Shown one piece after another: positions 1 through 12,470 of a DNA stretch of 64,000 bases. Source of the stretch: Eledone cirrhosa (taxonomy: Eukaryota); the NCBI GenBank assembly GCA_964016885.1, contig OZ024742.1:164362001-164426000 (forward strand). Reading direction: 5' to 3'. The stretch's first letter is position 1, and each line of letters starts with the position of its first letter. Under the pieces are notes generated by a model. It was not told where the DNA came from, did no database searches, and saw nothing but the letters and a program-made list of their open reading frames with translations. The translations under genes were made by a program, and so were the position numbers.

Positions 1-993
1 TTTTACAAATTATCTCCCCCTGATTTTTTTTTACAAATTATCTCCCCCTGATTTTTTTTTACGAATTATCTCCCCCCGATTTTTTTTTACAAATTATCTC
101 CGCCTATTTTTTTTTAAAAATTATCTCCCCTTGAACGGCTGGAAATTATCTCCCCTTGGACGGCTGGAAATTATCTCCCCTTGGACGGCTAGAAATTACC
201 TCTCCTTGGACGGCTGAAAATTATCTCCCCTTGGACGGCTGCAAATTATCTCCCCTTGATTTTTTAACAAATTATCTCCCCCTGATTTTTTTTTACAAAT
301 TATCTCCCCCTGATTTTTTTTTACAAATTATCTCCCCCTGATTTTTTTTTACAAATTATCTCCCCCTGATTTTTTTACAAATTATCTCCCCCTGATTTTT
401 TTTACAATCTCCGCCTGATTTTTTAAAAAATTATCTTCCCTTGGCTGGCGGGAAATTATCTCCCCTTGGACGGCTGGAAATTATCTCCCCTTGGACGGCT
501 GGAAATTATCTCCCCTTGGACAGCTGGAAATTATCTGCCCTTGATTTTGTTTTTACAAATTATCTCCCCCTGATTTTTTTTACAAATTATCTCCACCTGA
601 TTTTTTAAAAAATTATCTCCCCTTGGACGGCTGGAAATTATCTCCCCTTGATTTTTTTACAAATTATCTCCCCCTGATTTTATGTTACAAATTATCTCCC
701 CCTGATTTTTTTTACAAATTATCTCCCCCTGATTTTTTTTACAAATTATCTCCGCCTGATTTTTTTAAATATTATCTTCCCTTGGCTGGCGGGAAATTAT
801 CTCCCCTTGGACGGCTGGAAATTATCTCCCCTTGATTTTTTTTACAAATTATCTCCCCCTGATTTTTTTTTACAAATTATCTCCCCCTGATTTTTTTTTA
901 CAAATTATCTCCCCCTGATTTTTTTTTACAAATTATCTCCCCCTGATTTTTTTTTACAAATCTCCCCCTGATTTTTTTATAAATTATCTCCCC

Positions 994-1217
994 TTGGCTG
1001 GCTGGAAATTATCTCCCCTTGGAGGCTGGAATTTATCTCCCCTTGGACGGCTAGAAATTACCTCTCCTTGGATGGCTGGAAAATATGTCTCCTTGGACGG
1101 CTGGATATTATCTACCCTTGGACGGCTGGAAATTATCTCCCCTTGGACGGCTGGAAATTATCTCCCCTTGGACGGCTAGATATTACCTCCCATTGGACGG
1201 CTGGAAATTATCTCCCC
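994..1217 (+). repeat. Type I A-cassette (9 monomers, 224 bp), example copy
   Basis: Ordered variants: GGCTGGCTGG, then a 24-bp GGAGGCTGGAATTT, then GCTAGAAATTACCTCTCC, then GGAAAATATGTCTCC, GGATATTATCTACCC, and later GCTAGATATTACC. The cassette recurs at e.g. 2353, 4653, 6785, 9712, 11012, 13934. Confidence 0.9.
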
Positions 1218-1328
1218 TTGATTTTTTTTACAAATTATCTCCCCCTGATTTTTTTTTACGAATTATCTCCCCCTGATTTTTTTTTACAAATTATCTCCGC
1301 CTGATTTTTTTTTTTAAATTATCTCCCC

Positions 1329-1453
1329 TTGAACGGCTGGAAATTATCTCCCCTTGGACGGCTGGAAATTATCTCCCCTTGGACGGCTAGAAATTACCTC
1401 TCCTTGGACGGCTGAAAATTATCTCCCCTTGGACGGCTGCAAATTATCTCCCC
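1329..1453 (+). repeat. Type II A-cassette (5 monomers, 125 bp), example copy
   Basis: Starts TTGAACGG and ends GCTGAAAA / GCTGCAAA, followed by a B unit ending TTAAC. Recurs at ~131, 5016, 5745, 10075, 11346. Confidence 0.88.
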
Positions 1454-1722
1454 TTGATTTTTTTAACAAATTATCTCCCCCTGATTTTTTTTTACAAATT
1501 ATCTCCCCCTGATTTTTTTTTTACAAATTATCTACGCCTAATTTTTTTTACAAATTATCTCCCCCTGATTTTTTTTTACAAATTATCTCCCCCTGATTTT
1601 TTTTACAAATTATCTCCCCCTGATTTTTTTTACAAATTATCTCCCCCTGATTTTTTTACAAATTATCTCCCCCCTGATTTTTTTTACAATCTCCGCCTGA
1701 TTTTTTTAAAAATTATCTTCCC

Positions 1723-1872
1723 TTGGCTGGCGGGAAATTATCTCCCCTTGGACGGCTGGAAATTATATCCCCTTGGAAGGATGGAAATTATCTCCCCTTG
1801 GACGGCTGGAAATTATCTCCCCTTGGACGGCTGGAAATTACCTCCCCTTGGACAGCTGGAAATTATCTGCCC
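1723..1872 (+). repeat. Type III A-cassette (6 monomers, 150 bp), example copy
   Basis: Starts GGCTGGCGGG, contains ATATCCCC-GGAAGGATGG, ends GGACAGCTGG..TCTGCCC, and is followed by GATTTTGTTTTTAC. Recurs at 6315, 7564, 10357, 11740. Confidence 0.88.
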
Positions 1873-2113
1873 TTGATTTTGTTTTTACAAATTATCTCCC
1901 CCTGATTTTTTTTACAAATTATCTCCACCTGATTTTTTAAAAAATTATCTCCCCTTGGACGGCTGAAAATTATCTCCCCTTGATTTTTTTACAAATTATC
2001 TCCCCCTGATTTTTTTTACAAATTATCTCCCCCTGATTTTTTTTTACAAATTATCTCCCCCTGATTTTTTTTACAAATTATCTCCGCCTGATTTTTTTAA
2101 ATATTATCTTCCC

Positions 2114-2188
2114 TTGGCTGGCGGGAAATTATCTCCCCTTGGACGGCTGAAAATTATCTCCCCTTGGACGGCTGGAAATTATCTCCCC
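2114..2188 (+). repeat. Type IV A-cassette (3 monomers, 75 bp), example copy
   Basis: Preceded by TTTAAATATTATCTTCCC, then GGCTGGCGGG / GCTGAAAA / GCTGG. Recurs at 2793, 3460, 4057, 6547, 8329. Confidence 0.85.
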
Positions 2189-5100
2189 TTGATTTTTTTT
2201 ACAAATTATCTCCCCCTGATTTTTTTTTACAAATTATCTCCCCCTGATTTTTTTTTACAAATTATCTTCCCCTGATTTTTTTTTACAAATTATCTGCCCC
2301 TGATTTTTTTTACAAATTATCTCCCCCTGATTTTTTTACAAATTATCTCCCCTTGGCTGGCTGGAAATTATCTCCCCTTGGAGGCTGGAATTTATCTCCC
2401 CTTGGACGGCTAGAAATTACCTCTCCTTGGACGGCTGGAAAATATTTCTCCTTGGACGGCTGGATATTATCTACCCTTGGACGGGTGGAAATTATCTCCC
2501 CTTGGACGGCTGGAAATTATCTCCCCTTGGACGGCTAGATATTACCTCCCCTTGGACGGCTGGAAATTATCTCCCCTTGATTTTTTTTACAAATTATCTC
2601 CCCCTGATTTTTTTTACAAATTATCTCCACCTGATTTTTTTTACAAATTATCTCCCCCTGATTTTTTTTACAAATTATCTCCCCCTGATTTTTTTTTTAC
2701 AAATTATCTCCCCCTGATTTTTTTACAAATTATCTCCCCCTGATTTTTTTTACAAATTATCTCCGCCTGATTTTTTTAAATATTATCTTCCCTTGGCTGG
2801 CGGGAAATTATCTCCCCTTGGACGGCTGAAAATTATCTCCCCTTGGACGGCTGGAAATTATCTCCCCTTGATTTTTTTTACAAATTATCTCCCCCTGATT
2901 ATTTTTTACAAATTATCTTTCCCTGATTTTTTTTACAAATTATCTCCCCCTGATTTTTTTTACAAATTATCTCCCCCTGATTTTTTTACAAATTATCTCC
3001 CCTTGGCTGGCTGGAAATTATCTCCCCTTGGAGGCTGGAATTTATCTCCCCTTGGACGGCTGGAAATTATCTCTCCTTGGACGGCTAGTAATTACCTCTC
3101 CTTGGACGGCTGGAAAATATGTCTCTTTGGAGGGCTGGAAATTATCTCCCCTTGGACGGCTGGAAATTATCTCCCCTTGGACGGCTGGAAATTATCTCTC
3201 CTTGGACGGCTAGAAATTACCTCTCCTTGGACGGCTGAAAATTATCTCTCCTTGGACGGCTGGAAATTATCTCCCCTTGGACGGCTAGATATTACCTCCC
3301 CTTGGACGGCTGGAAATTATCTCCCCTTGATTTTTTTTACAAATTATCTCCCCCTGATTTTTTTTACAAATTATCTCCACCTGATTTTTTTACAAATTAT
3401 CTCCCCCTGATTTTTTTTACAAATTATCTCCGCCTAATTTTTTTAAATATTATCTTCCCTTGGCTGGCGGGAAATTATCTCCCCTTGGACGGCTGAAAAT
3501 TATCTCCCCTTGGACGGCTGGAAATTATCTCCCCTTGATTTTTTTTACAAATTATATCCCCCTGATTTTTTTTACAAATTATCTCCCCCTGATTTTTTTT
3601 TACAAATTATCTCCCCCTGATTTTTTTTTACAAATTATCTCCCCCTGATGTTTTTTACAAATTATCTCCCTTTGGCTGGCTGGAAATTATCTCCCCTTGG
3701 AGGCTGGAATTTATCTCCCCTTGGACGGCTAGAAATTACCTCGCCTTGGACGGCTGGAAAATATGTCTCCTTGGACGGCTGGAAATTATCTCCCCTTGGA
3801 CGGCTGGAAATTATCTCCCCTTGGACGGCTGGAAATTATCTCCCATTGGACGGCTAGATATTACCTCCCCTTGGACGGCTGGAAATTATCTCCCCTTGAT
3901 TTTTTTTACAAATTATCTCCCCCTGATTTTTTTTTACAAATTATCTCCCCCTGATTTTTTTTACAAATTATCTCCCCCTGATTTTTTTACAAATTATCTC
4001 CCCCCGATTTTTTTTACAAATTATATCCGCCTAATTTTTTTAAATATTATCTTCCCTTGGCTGGCGGGAAATTATCTCCCCTTGGACGGCTGAAAATTAT
4101 CTCCCCTTGGACGGCTGGAAATTATCTCCCCTTGATTTTTTTACAAATTATCTCCCCCTGATTATTTTTTACAAATTATCTCCCCCTGATTTTTTTTTAC
4201 AAATTATCTCCCTCTGATTTTTTTTACAAATTATCTCCCCTTGGCTGGCTGGAAATTATCTCCCCTTGGAGGCTGGAATTTGTCTCCCCTTGGACGGTTA
4301 GAAATTACCTCTCCTTGGACTGCTGGAAAATATGTCTCCTTGGACGGCTGGAAATTATCTCCCCTTGGATGGCTGGAAATTATCTCCCCTTGGACGGCTG
4401 GAAATTATCTCTCCTCGGACGACTAGAAATTACCTCTCCTTGGACAGCTGAAAATTATCTCCCCTTGGACGGCTGGAAATTATCTCCCCTTGATTTTTTT
4501 TACAAATTATCTCCCCCTGATTTTTTTTTACAAATTATCTCCCCCTGATTTTTTTTTACAAATTATCTCCCCATGATTTTTTTTACAAATTATCTCCCCC
4601 TGATATTTTTTACAAATTATCTCCCCCTGATTTTTTTACAAATTATCTCCCCTTGGCTGGCTGGAAATTATCTCCCCTTGGAGGCTGGAATTTATCTCCC
4701 CTTGGACGGCTAGAAATTACCTCGCCTTGGACGGCTGGAAAATATGTCTCCTTGGACGGCTGGAAATTATCTCCCCTTGGACGGCTGGAAATTATCTCCC
4801 CTTGGACGGCTGGAAATTATCTCCCCTTGGACGGCTAGATATTACCTCCCCTTGGACGGCTGGAAATTATCTCCCCTTGATTTTTTTTACAATTTATCTC
4901 CCCCTGATTTTTTTTTACAAATTATCTCCCCCTGATTTTTTTTTACGAATTATCTCCCCCTGATTTTTTTTTACAAATTATCTCCGCCTGATTTTTTTTT
5001 AAAAATTATCTACCCTTGAACGGCTGGAAATTATCTCCCCTTGGACGGCTGGAAATTATCTCCCCTTGGACGGCTAGAAATTACCTCTCCTTGGACGGCT

Positions 5101-8100
5101 GAAAATCATCTCCCCTTGGACGGCTGCAAATTATCTCCCCTTGATTTTTTAACAAATTATCTCCCCCTGATTTTTTTTTACAAATTATCTCCCCCTGATT
5201 TTTTTTTACAAATTATCTACGCCTAATTTTTTTTACAAATTATCTCCCCCTGATTTTTTTTACAAATTATCTCCCCCTGATTTTTTTTACAAATTATCTC
5301 CCCCTGATTTTTTTTTACAAATTATTTCCCCCTGATTTTTTTACAAATTATCTCCCCCCTGATTTTTTTAAAAATTATCTTCCCTTGGCTGGCGGGAAAT
5401 TATCTCCCCTTGGACGGCTGGAAATTATATCCCCTTGGAGGCTGGAATTTATCTCCCCTTGGACGGCTAGAAATTACCTCGCCTTGGACGGCTGGAAAAT
5501 ATGTCTCCTTGGACGGCTGGAAATTATCTCCCCTTGGACGGCTGGAAATTATCTCCCCTTGGACGGCTGGAAATTATCTCCCCTTGGACGGCTAGATATT
5601 ACCTCCCCTTGGACGGCTGGAAATTATCTCCCCTTGATTTCTTTTACAAATTATCTCCCCCTGATTTTTTTTTACAAATTATCTCCCCCTGATTTTTTTT
5701 TACGAATTATCTCCCCCTGATTTTTTTTTACAAATTATCTCCCCTTGAACGGCTGGAAATTATCTCCCCTTGGACGGCTGGAAATTATCTCCCCTTGAAA
5801 GGCTAGAAATTACCTCTCCTTGGACGGCTGAAAATTATCTCCCCTTGGACGGCTGCAAATTATCTCCCCTTGATTTTTTAACAAATTACCTCGCCTTGGA
5901 CGGCTGGAAAATATGTATCCTTGGACGGCTGGAAATTATCTCCCCTTGGACGGCTGGAAATTATCTCCCCTTGGACGGCTGGAAATTATCTCCCATTGGA
6001 CGGCTAGATATTACCTCCCCTTGGACGGCTGCAAATTATCTCCCCTTGATTTTTTTAACAAATTATCTCCCCCTGATTTTTTTTTACAAATTATCTCCCC
6101 CTGATTTTTTTTTACAAATTATCTACGCCTAATTTTTTTTACAAATTATCTCCCCCTGATTTTTTTTTACAAATTATCTCCCCCTGATTTTTTTTACAAA
6201 TTATCTCCCCCTGATTTTTTTTTACAAATTATCTCCCCCTGATTTTTTTACAAATTATCTCCCCCCTGATTTTTTTTACAATCTCCGCCTGATTTTTTTA
6301 AAAATTATCTTCCCTTGGCTGGCGGGAAATTATCTCCCCTTGGACGGCTGGAAATTATATCCCCTTGGAAGGATGGAAATTATCTCCCCTTGGACGGCTG
6401 GAAATTATCTCCCCTTGGACGGCTGGAAATTATCTCCCCTTGGACAGCTGGAAATTATCTGCCCTTGATTTTGTTTTTACAAATTATCTCCCCCTGATTT
6501 TTTTTACAAATTATCTCCACCTGATTTTTTTAAATATTATCTTCCCTTGGCTGGCGGGAAATTATCTCCCCTTGGACGGCTGAAAATTATCTCCCCTTGG
6601 ACGGCTGGAAATTATCTCCCCTTGATTTTTTTTACAAATTATCTCCCCCTGATTTTTTTTACAAATTATCTCCCCCTGATTTTTTTTTACAAATTATCTC
6701 CCCCTGATTTTTTTTTACAAATTATCTGCCCCTGATTTTTTTTACAAATTATCTCCCCCTGATTTTTTTACAAATTATCTCCCCTTGGCTGGCTGGAAAT
6801 TATCTCCCCTTGGAGGCTGGAATTTATCTCCCCTTGGACGGCTAGAAATTACCTCTCCTTGGAAGGCTGGAAAATATTTCTCCTTGGACGGCTGGATATT
6901 ATCTACCCTTGGACGGGTGGAAATTATCTCCCCTTGGACGGCTGGAAATTATCTCCCCTTGGACAGCTAGATATTACCTCCCCTTGGACGGCTGGAAATT
7001 ATCTCCCCTTGATTTTTTTTACAAATTATCTCCCCCTGATTTTTTTTACAAATTATCTCCACCTGATTTTTTTACAAATTATCTCCCCCTGATTTTTTTT
7101 ACAAATTATCTCCCCCTGATTTTTTTACAAATTATCTCCCCTTGGCTGGCTGGAAATTATCTCCCCTTGGAGGCTGGAATTTATCTCCCCTTGGACGGCT
7201 GGAAATTATCTCCCCTTGATTTTTTTTACAAATTATCTACCCCTGATTTTTTTTACAAATTATCTCCCCCTGATTTTTTTTACAAATTATCTCCCCCTGA
7301 TTTTTTTACAAATTATCTCCCCCTGATTTTTTTACAAATTATCTCCCCCTGATTTTTTTTTACAAATTATCTACGCCTAATTTTTTTTACAAATTATCTC
7401 CCCCTGATTTTTTTTTACAAATTATCTCCCCCTGATTTTTTTTTACAAATTATCTCCCCCTGATTTTTTTTTACAAATTATCTCCCCCTGATTTTTTTAC
7501 AAATTATCTCCCCCCTGATTTTTATTACAATCTCCGCCTGATTTTTTAAAAAATTATCTTCCCTTGGCTGGCGGGAAATTATCTTCCCTTGGACGGCTGG
7601 AAATTATATCCCCTTGGAAGGATGGAAATTATCTCCCCTTGGACGGCTGGAAATTATCTCCCCTTGGACGGCTGGAAATTATCTCCCCTTGGACAGCTGG
7701 AAATTATCTGCCCTTGATTTTGTTTTTACAAATTATCTCCCCCTGATTTTTTTTACAAATTATCTCCACCTGATTTTTTAAAAAATTATCTCCCCTTGGA
7801 CGGCTGGAAATTATCTCCCCTTGGCTGGAAATTATCTCCCCTTGGACGGCTAGAAATTATCTCTCTTTGGACGGCTGGAAATTATCTGCCTTTGATTTTT
7901 TTTACAAATTATCTCCCCCTGATTTTTTTTTACAAATTATCTCACCCTGATTTTTTTTACAAATTATCTCCCTCTGATTTTTTTACAAATTATCTCCCCT
8001 TGGCTGGCTGGAAATTATCTCCCCTTGGAGGCTGGAATTTATCTCCCCTTGGACGGCTAGAAATTAAGTCTCCTTGGACGGCTGGAAAATATGTCTCCTT

Positions 8101-11100
8101 GGACGGCTGGATATTATCTACCCTTGGACGGCTGGAAATTATCTCCCCTTGGACGGCTGGAAATTATCTCCCCTTGGACGGCTAGATATTACCTCCCCTT
8201 GGACGGCTGGAAATTATCTCCCCTTGATTTTTTTACAAATTATCTCCCCCTGATTTTTTTACAAATTATCTCCCCCTGATTTTTTTTACAAATTATCTCC
8301 GCCTAATTTTTTTAAATATTATCTTCCCTTGGCTGGCGGGAAATTATCTCCCCTTGGACGGCTGAAAATTATCTCCCCTTGGACGGCTGGAAATTATCTC
8401 CCCTTGATTTTTTTTACAAATTATCTCCCCCTGATTTTTTTTTACAAATTATCTCCCCCTGATTTTTTTTACAAATTATCTCCCCCTGATTTTTTTACAA
8501 ATTATCTCCCCTTGGCTGGCTGGAAATTATCTCCCCTTGGAGGCTGGAATTTATCTCCCCTTGGACGGCTAGAAATTACCTCTCCTTGGACGGCTGGAAA
8601 ATATGTCCTTGGACGGCTGGATATTATCTACCCTTGGACGGCTGGAAATTATCTCCCCTTGGACGGCTGGAAATTATCTCCCCTTGGACGGCTAGATATT
8701 ACCTCCCCTTGGACGGCTGGAAATTATCTCCCCTTGATTTTTTTTACAAATTATCTCCCCCTGATTTTTTTTTACAAATTATCTCCCCCTGATTTTTTTT
8801 TACAAATTATCTACCCCTGATTTTTTTTTACAAATTATCTCCCCCTGATTTTTTTTACAAATTATCTCCCCCTGATTTTTTTTTACAAATTATCTCCCCC
8901 TGATTTTTTTTTACAAATTATCTACCCCTGATTTTTTTTACAAATTATCTCCCCCTGATTTTTTTTACAAATTATCTCCCCCTGATTTTGTTTACAAATT
9001 ATCTCCCCCTGATTTTTTTACAAATTATCTCCCCCTGATTTTTTTTACAAATTATCTCCGCCTAATTTTTTTAAATATTATCTTCCCTTGGCTGGCGGGA
9101 AATTATCTCCCCTTGGACGGCTGAAAATTATCTCTCCTTGGACGGCTGGAAATTATCTCCCCTTGATTTTTTTTACAAATTATCTCCCCCTGATTATTTT
9201 TTACAAATTATCTCCCCCTGATTTTTTTTTACAAATTATCTCCCCCTGATTTTTTTTACAAATTATCTCCCCCTGATTTTTTTACAAATTATCTCCCCTT
9301 GGCTGGCTGGAAATTATCTCCCCTTGGAGGCTGGAATTTATCTCCCCTTGGACGGTTAGAAATTACCTCTCCTTGGACGGCTGGAAAATATGTCTCCTTG
9401 GACGGCTGGAAATTATCGCCCCTTGGACGGCTGGAAATTATCTCCCCTTGGACGGCTGGAAATTATCTCTCCTCGGACGGCTAGAAATTACCTCTCCTTG
9501 GACAGCTGAAAATTATCTCCCCTTGGACGGCTGGAAATTATCTCCCCTTGATTTTTTTTACAAATTATCTCCCCCTGATTTTTTTTTACAAATTATCTCC
9601 CCCTGATTTTTTTTTACAAATTATCTCCCCCTGATTTTTTTTTACAAATTATCTCCCCCTGATATTTTTTACAAATTATCTCCCCCTGATTTTTTTACAA
9701 ATTATCTCCCCTTGGCTGGCTGGAAATTATCTCCCCTTGGAGGCTGGAATTTATCTCCCCTTAGACGGCTAGAAATTACCTCGCCTTGGACGGCTGGAAA
9801 ATATGTCTCCTTGGACGGCTGGAAATTATCTCCCCTTGGACGGCTGGAAATTATCTCCCCTTGGACGGCTGGAAATTATCTCCCCTTGGACGGCTAGATA
9901 TTACCTCCCCTTGGACGGCTGGAAATTATCTCCCCTTGATTTTTTTTACAAATTATCTCCCCCTGATTTTTTTTTACAAATTATCTCCCCCTGATTTTTT
10001 TTTACGAATTATCTCCCCCCGATTTTTTTTTACAAATTATCTCCGCCTGATTTTTTTAAAAAAATTATCTCCCCTTGAACGGCTGGAAATTATCTCCCCT
10101 TGGACGGCTGGAAATTATCTCCCCTTGGACGGCTAGAAATTACCTCTCCTTGGACGGCTGAAAATTATCTCCCCTTGGACGGCTGCAAATTATCTCCCCT
10201 TGATTTTTTAACAAATTATCTCCCCCTGATTTTTTTTTACAAATTATCTCCCCCTGATTTTTTTTTACAAATTATCTCCCCCTGATTTTTTTACAAATTA
10301 TCTCCCCCTGATTTTTTTTACAATCTCCGCCTGATTTTTTTAAAAATTATCTTCCCTTGGCTGGCGGGAAATTATCTCCCCTTGGACGGCTGGAAATTAT
10401 ATCCCCTTGGAAGGATGGAAATTATCTCCCCTTGGACGGCTGGAAATTATCTCCCCTTGGACGGCTGGAAATTATCTCCCCTTGGACAGCTGGAAATTAT
10501 CTGCCCTTGATTTTGTTTTTACAAATTATCTCCCCCTGATTTTTTTTACAAATTATCTCCACCTGATTTTTTAAAAAATTATCTCCCCTTGGACGGCTGG
10601 AAATTATCTCCCCTTGATTTTTTTACAAATTATCTCCCCCTGATTTTTTTTACAAATTATCTCCCCCTGATTTTTTGTTACAAATTATCTCCCCCTGATT
10701 TTTTTAAAAATTATCTCCCCCTGATTTTTTTTACAAATTATCTCCGCCTGATTTTTTTAAATATTATCTTCCCTTGGCTGGCGGGAAATTATCTCCCCTT
10801 GGACGGCTGAAAATTATCTCCCCTTGGACGGCTGGAAATTATCTCCCCTTGATTTTTTTACAAATTATCTCCCCCTGATTTTTTTTTACAAATTATCTCC
10901 CCCTGATTTTTTTTACAAATTATCTCCCCCTGATTTTTTTTTACAAATTATCTCCCCCTGATTTTTTTTTACAAATTATCTCCCCCTGATTTTTTTACAA
11001 ATTATCTCCCCTTGGCTAGCTGGAAATTATCTCCCCTTGGAGGCTGGAATTTATCTCCCCTTGGACGGCTAGAAATTACCTCTCCTTGGACGGCTGGAAA

Positions 11101-12470
11101 ATATGTCTCCTTGGACGGCTGGATATTATCTACCCTTGGACGGCTGGAAATTATCTCCCCTTGGACGGCTGGAAATTATCTCCCCTTGGACGGCTAGATA
11201 TTACCTCCCCTTGGACGGCTGGAAATTATCTCCCCTTGATTTTTTTTACAAATTATCTCCCCCTGATTTTTTTTTACGAATTATCTCCCCCTGATTTTTT
11301 TTTACAAATTATCTCCGCCTGATTTTTTTTTTAAATTATCTCCCCTTGAACGGCTGGAAATTATCTCCCCTTGGACGGCTGGAAATTATCTCCCCTTGGA
11401 CGGCTAGAAATTACCTCTCCTTGGACGGCTGAAAATTATCTCCCCTTGGACGGCTGCAAATTATCTCCCCTTGATTTTTTTAACAAATTATCTCCCCCTG
11501 ATTTTTTTTTACAAATTATCTCCCCCTGATTTTTTTTTACAAATTATCTACGCCTAATTTTTTTTACAAATTATCTCCCCCTGATTTTTTTTTACAAATT
11601 ATCTCCCCCTGATTTTTTTTACAAATTATCTCCCCCTGATTTTTTTTTACAAATTATCTCCCCCTGATTTTTTTACAAATTATCTCCCCCCTGAATTTTT
11701 TTACAATCTCCGCCTGATTTTTTAAAAAATTATCTTCCCTTGGCTGGCAGGAAATTATCTCCCCTTGGTCGGCTGGAAATTATATCCCCTTGGAAGGATG
11801 GAAATTATCTCCCCTTGGACGGCTGGAAATTATCTCCCCTTGGACGGCTGGAAATTACCTCCCCTTGGACAGCTGGAAATTATCTGCCCTTGATTTTGTT
11901 TTTACAAATTATCTCCCCCTGATTTTTTTTACAAATTATCTCCACCTGATTTTTTAAAAAATTATCTCCCCTTGATTTTTTTACAAATTATCTCCCCCTG
12001 ATTTTTTTTACAAATTATCTCCCCCTGATTTTTTTTTTACAAATTATCTCCCCCTGATTTTTTTACAAATTATCTCCCCCTGATTTTTTTTACAAATTAT
12101 CTCCGCCTGATTTTTTTTACAAATTATCTCCCCTTGGCTGGCTGGAAATTATCTCCCCTTGGAGGCTGGAATTTATCTCCCCTTGGACGGCTAGAAATTA
12201 CCTCTCCTTGGACGGCTGGAAAATATGTCCTTGGACGGCTGGATATTATCTACCCTTGGACGGCTGGAAATTATCTCCCCTTGGACGGCTGGAAATTATC
12301 TCCCCTTGGAGGCTGGAATTTATCTCCCCTTGGACGGCTAGAAATTACCTCTCCTTGGACGGCTGGAAAATATGTCCTTGGACGGCTGGATATTACCTCC
12401 CCTTGGACGGCTGGAAATTATCTCCCCTTGATTTTTTTTACAAATTATCTCCCCCTGATTTTTTTTACAA

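Noticed and set aside
1218-1722. Intrinsic or Pol III terminators or poly(A) tails at the T-tracts
   Set aside because: There is no upstream GC hairpin, gene, or target-site duplication. The tracts are an integral part of monomer B.
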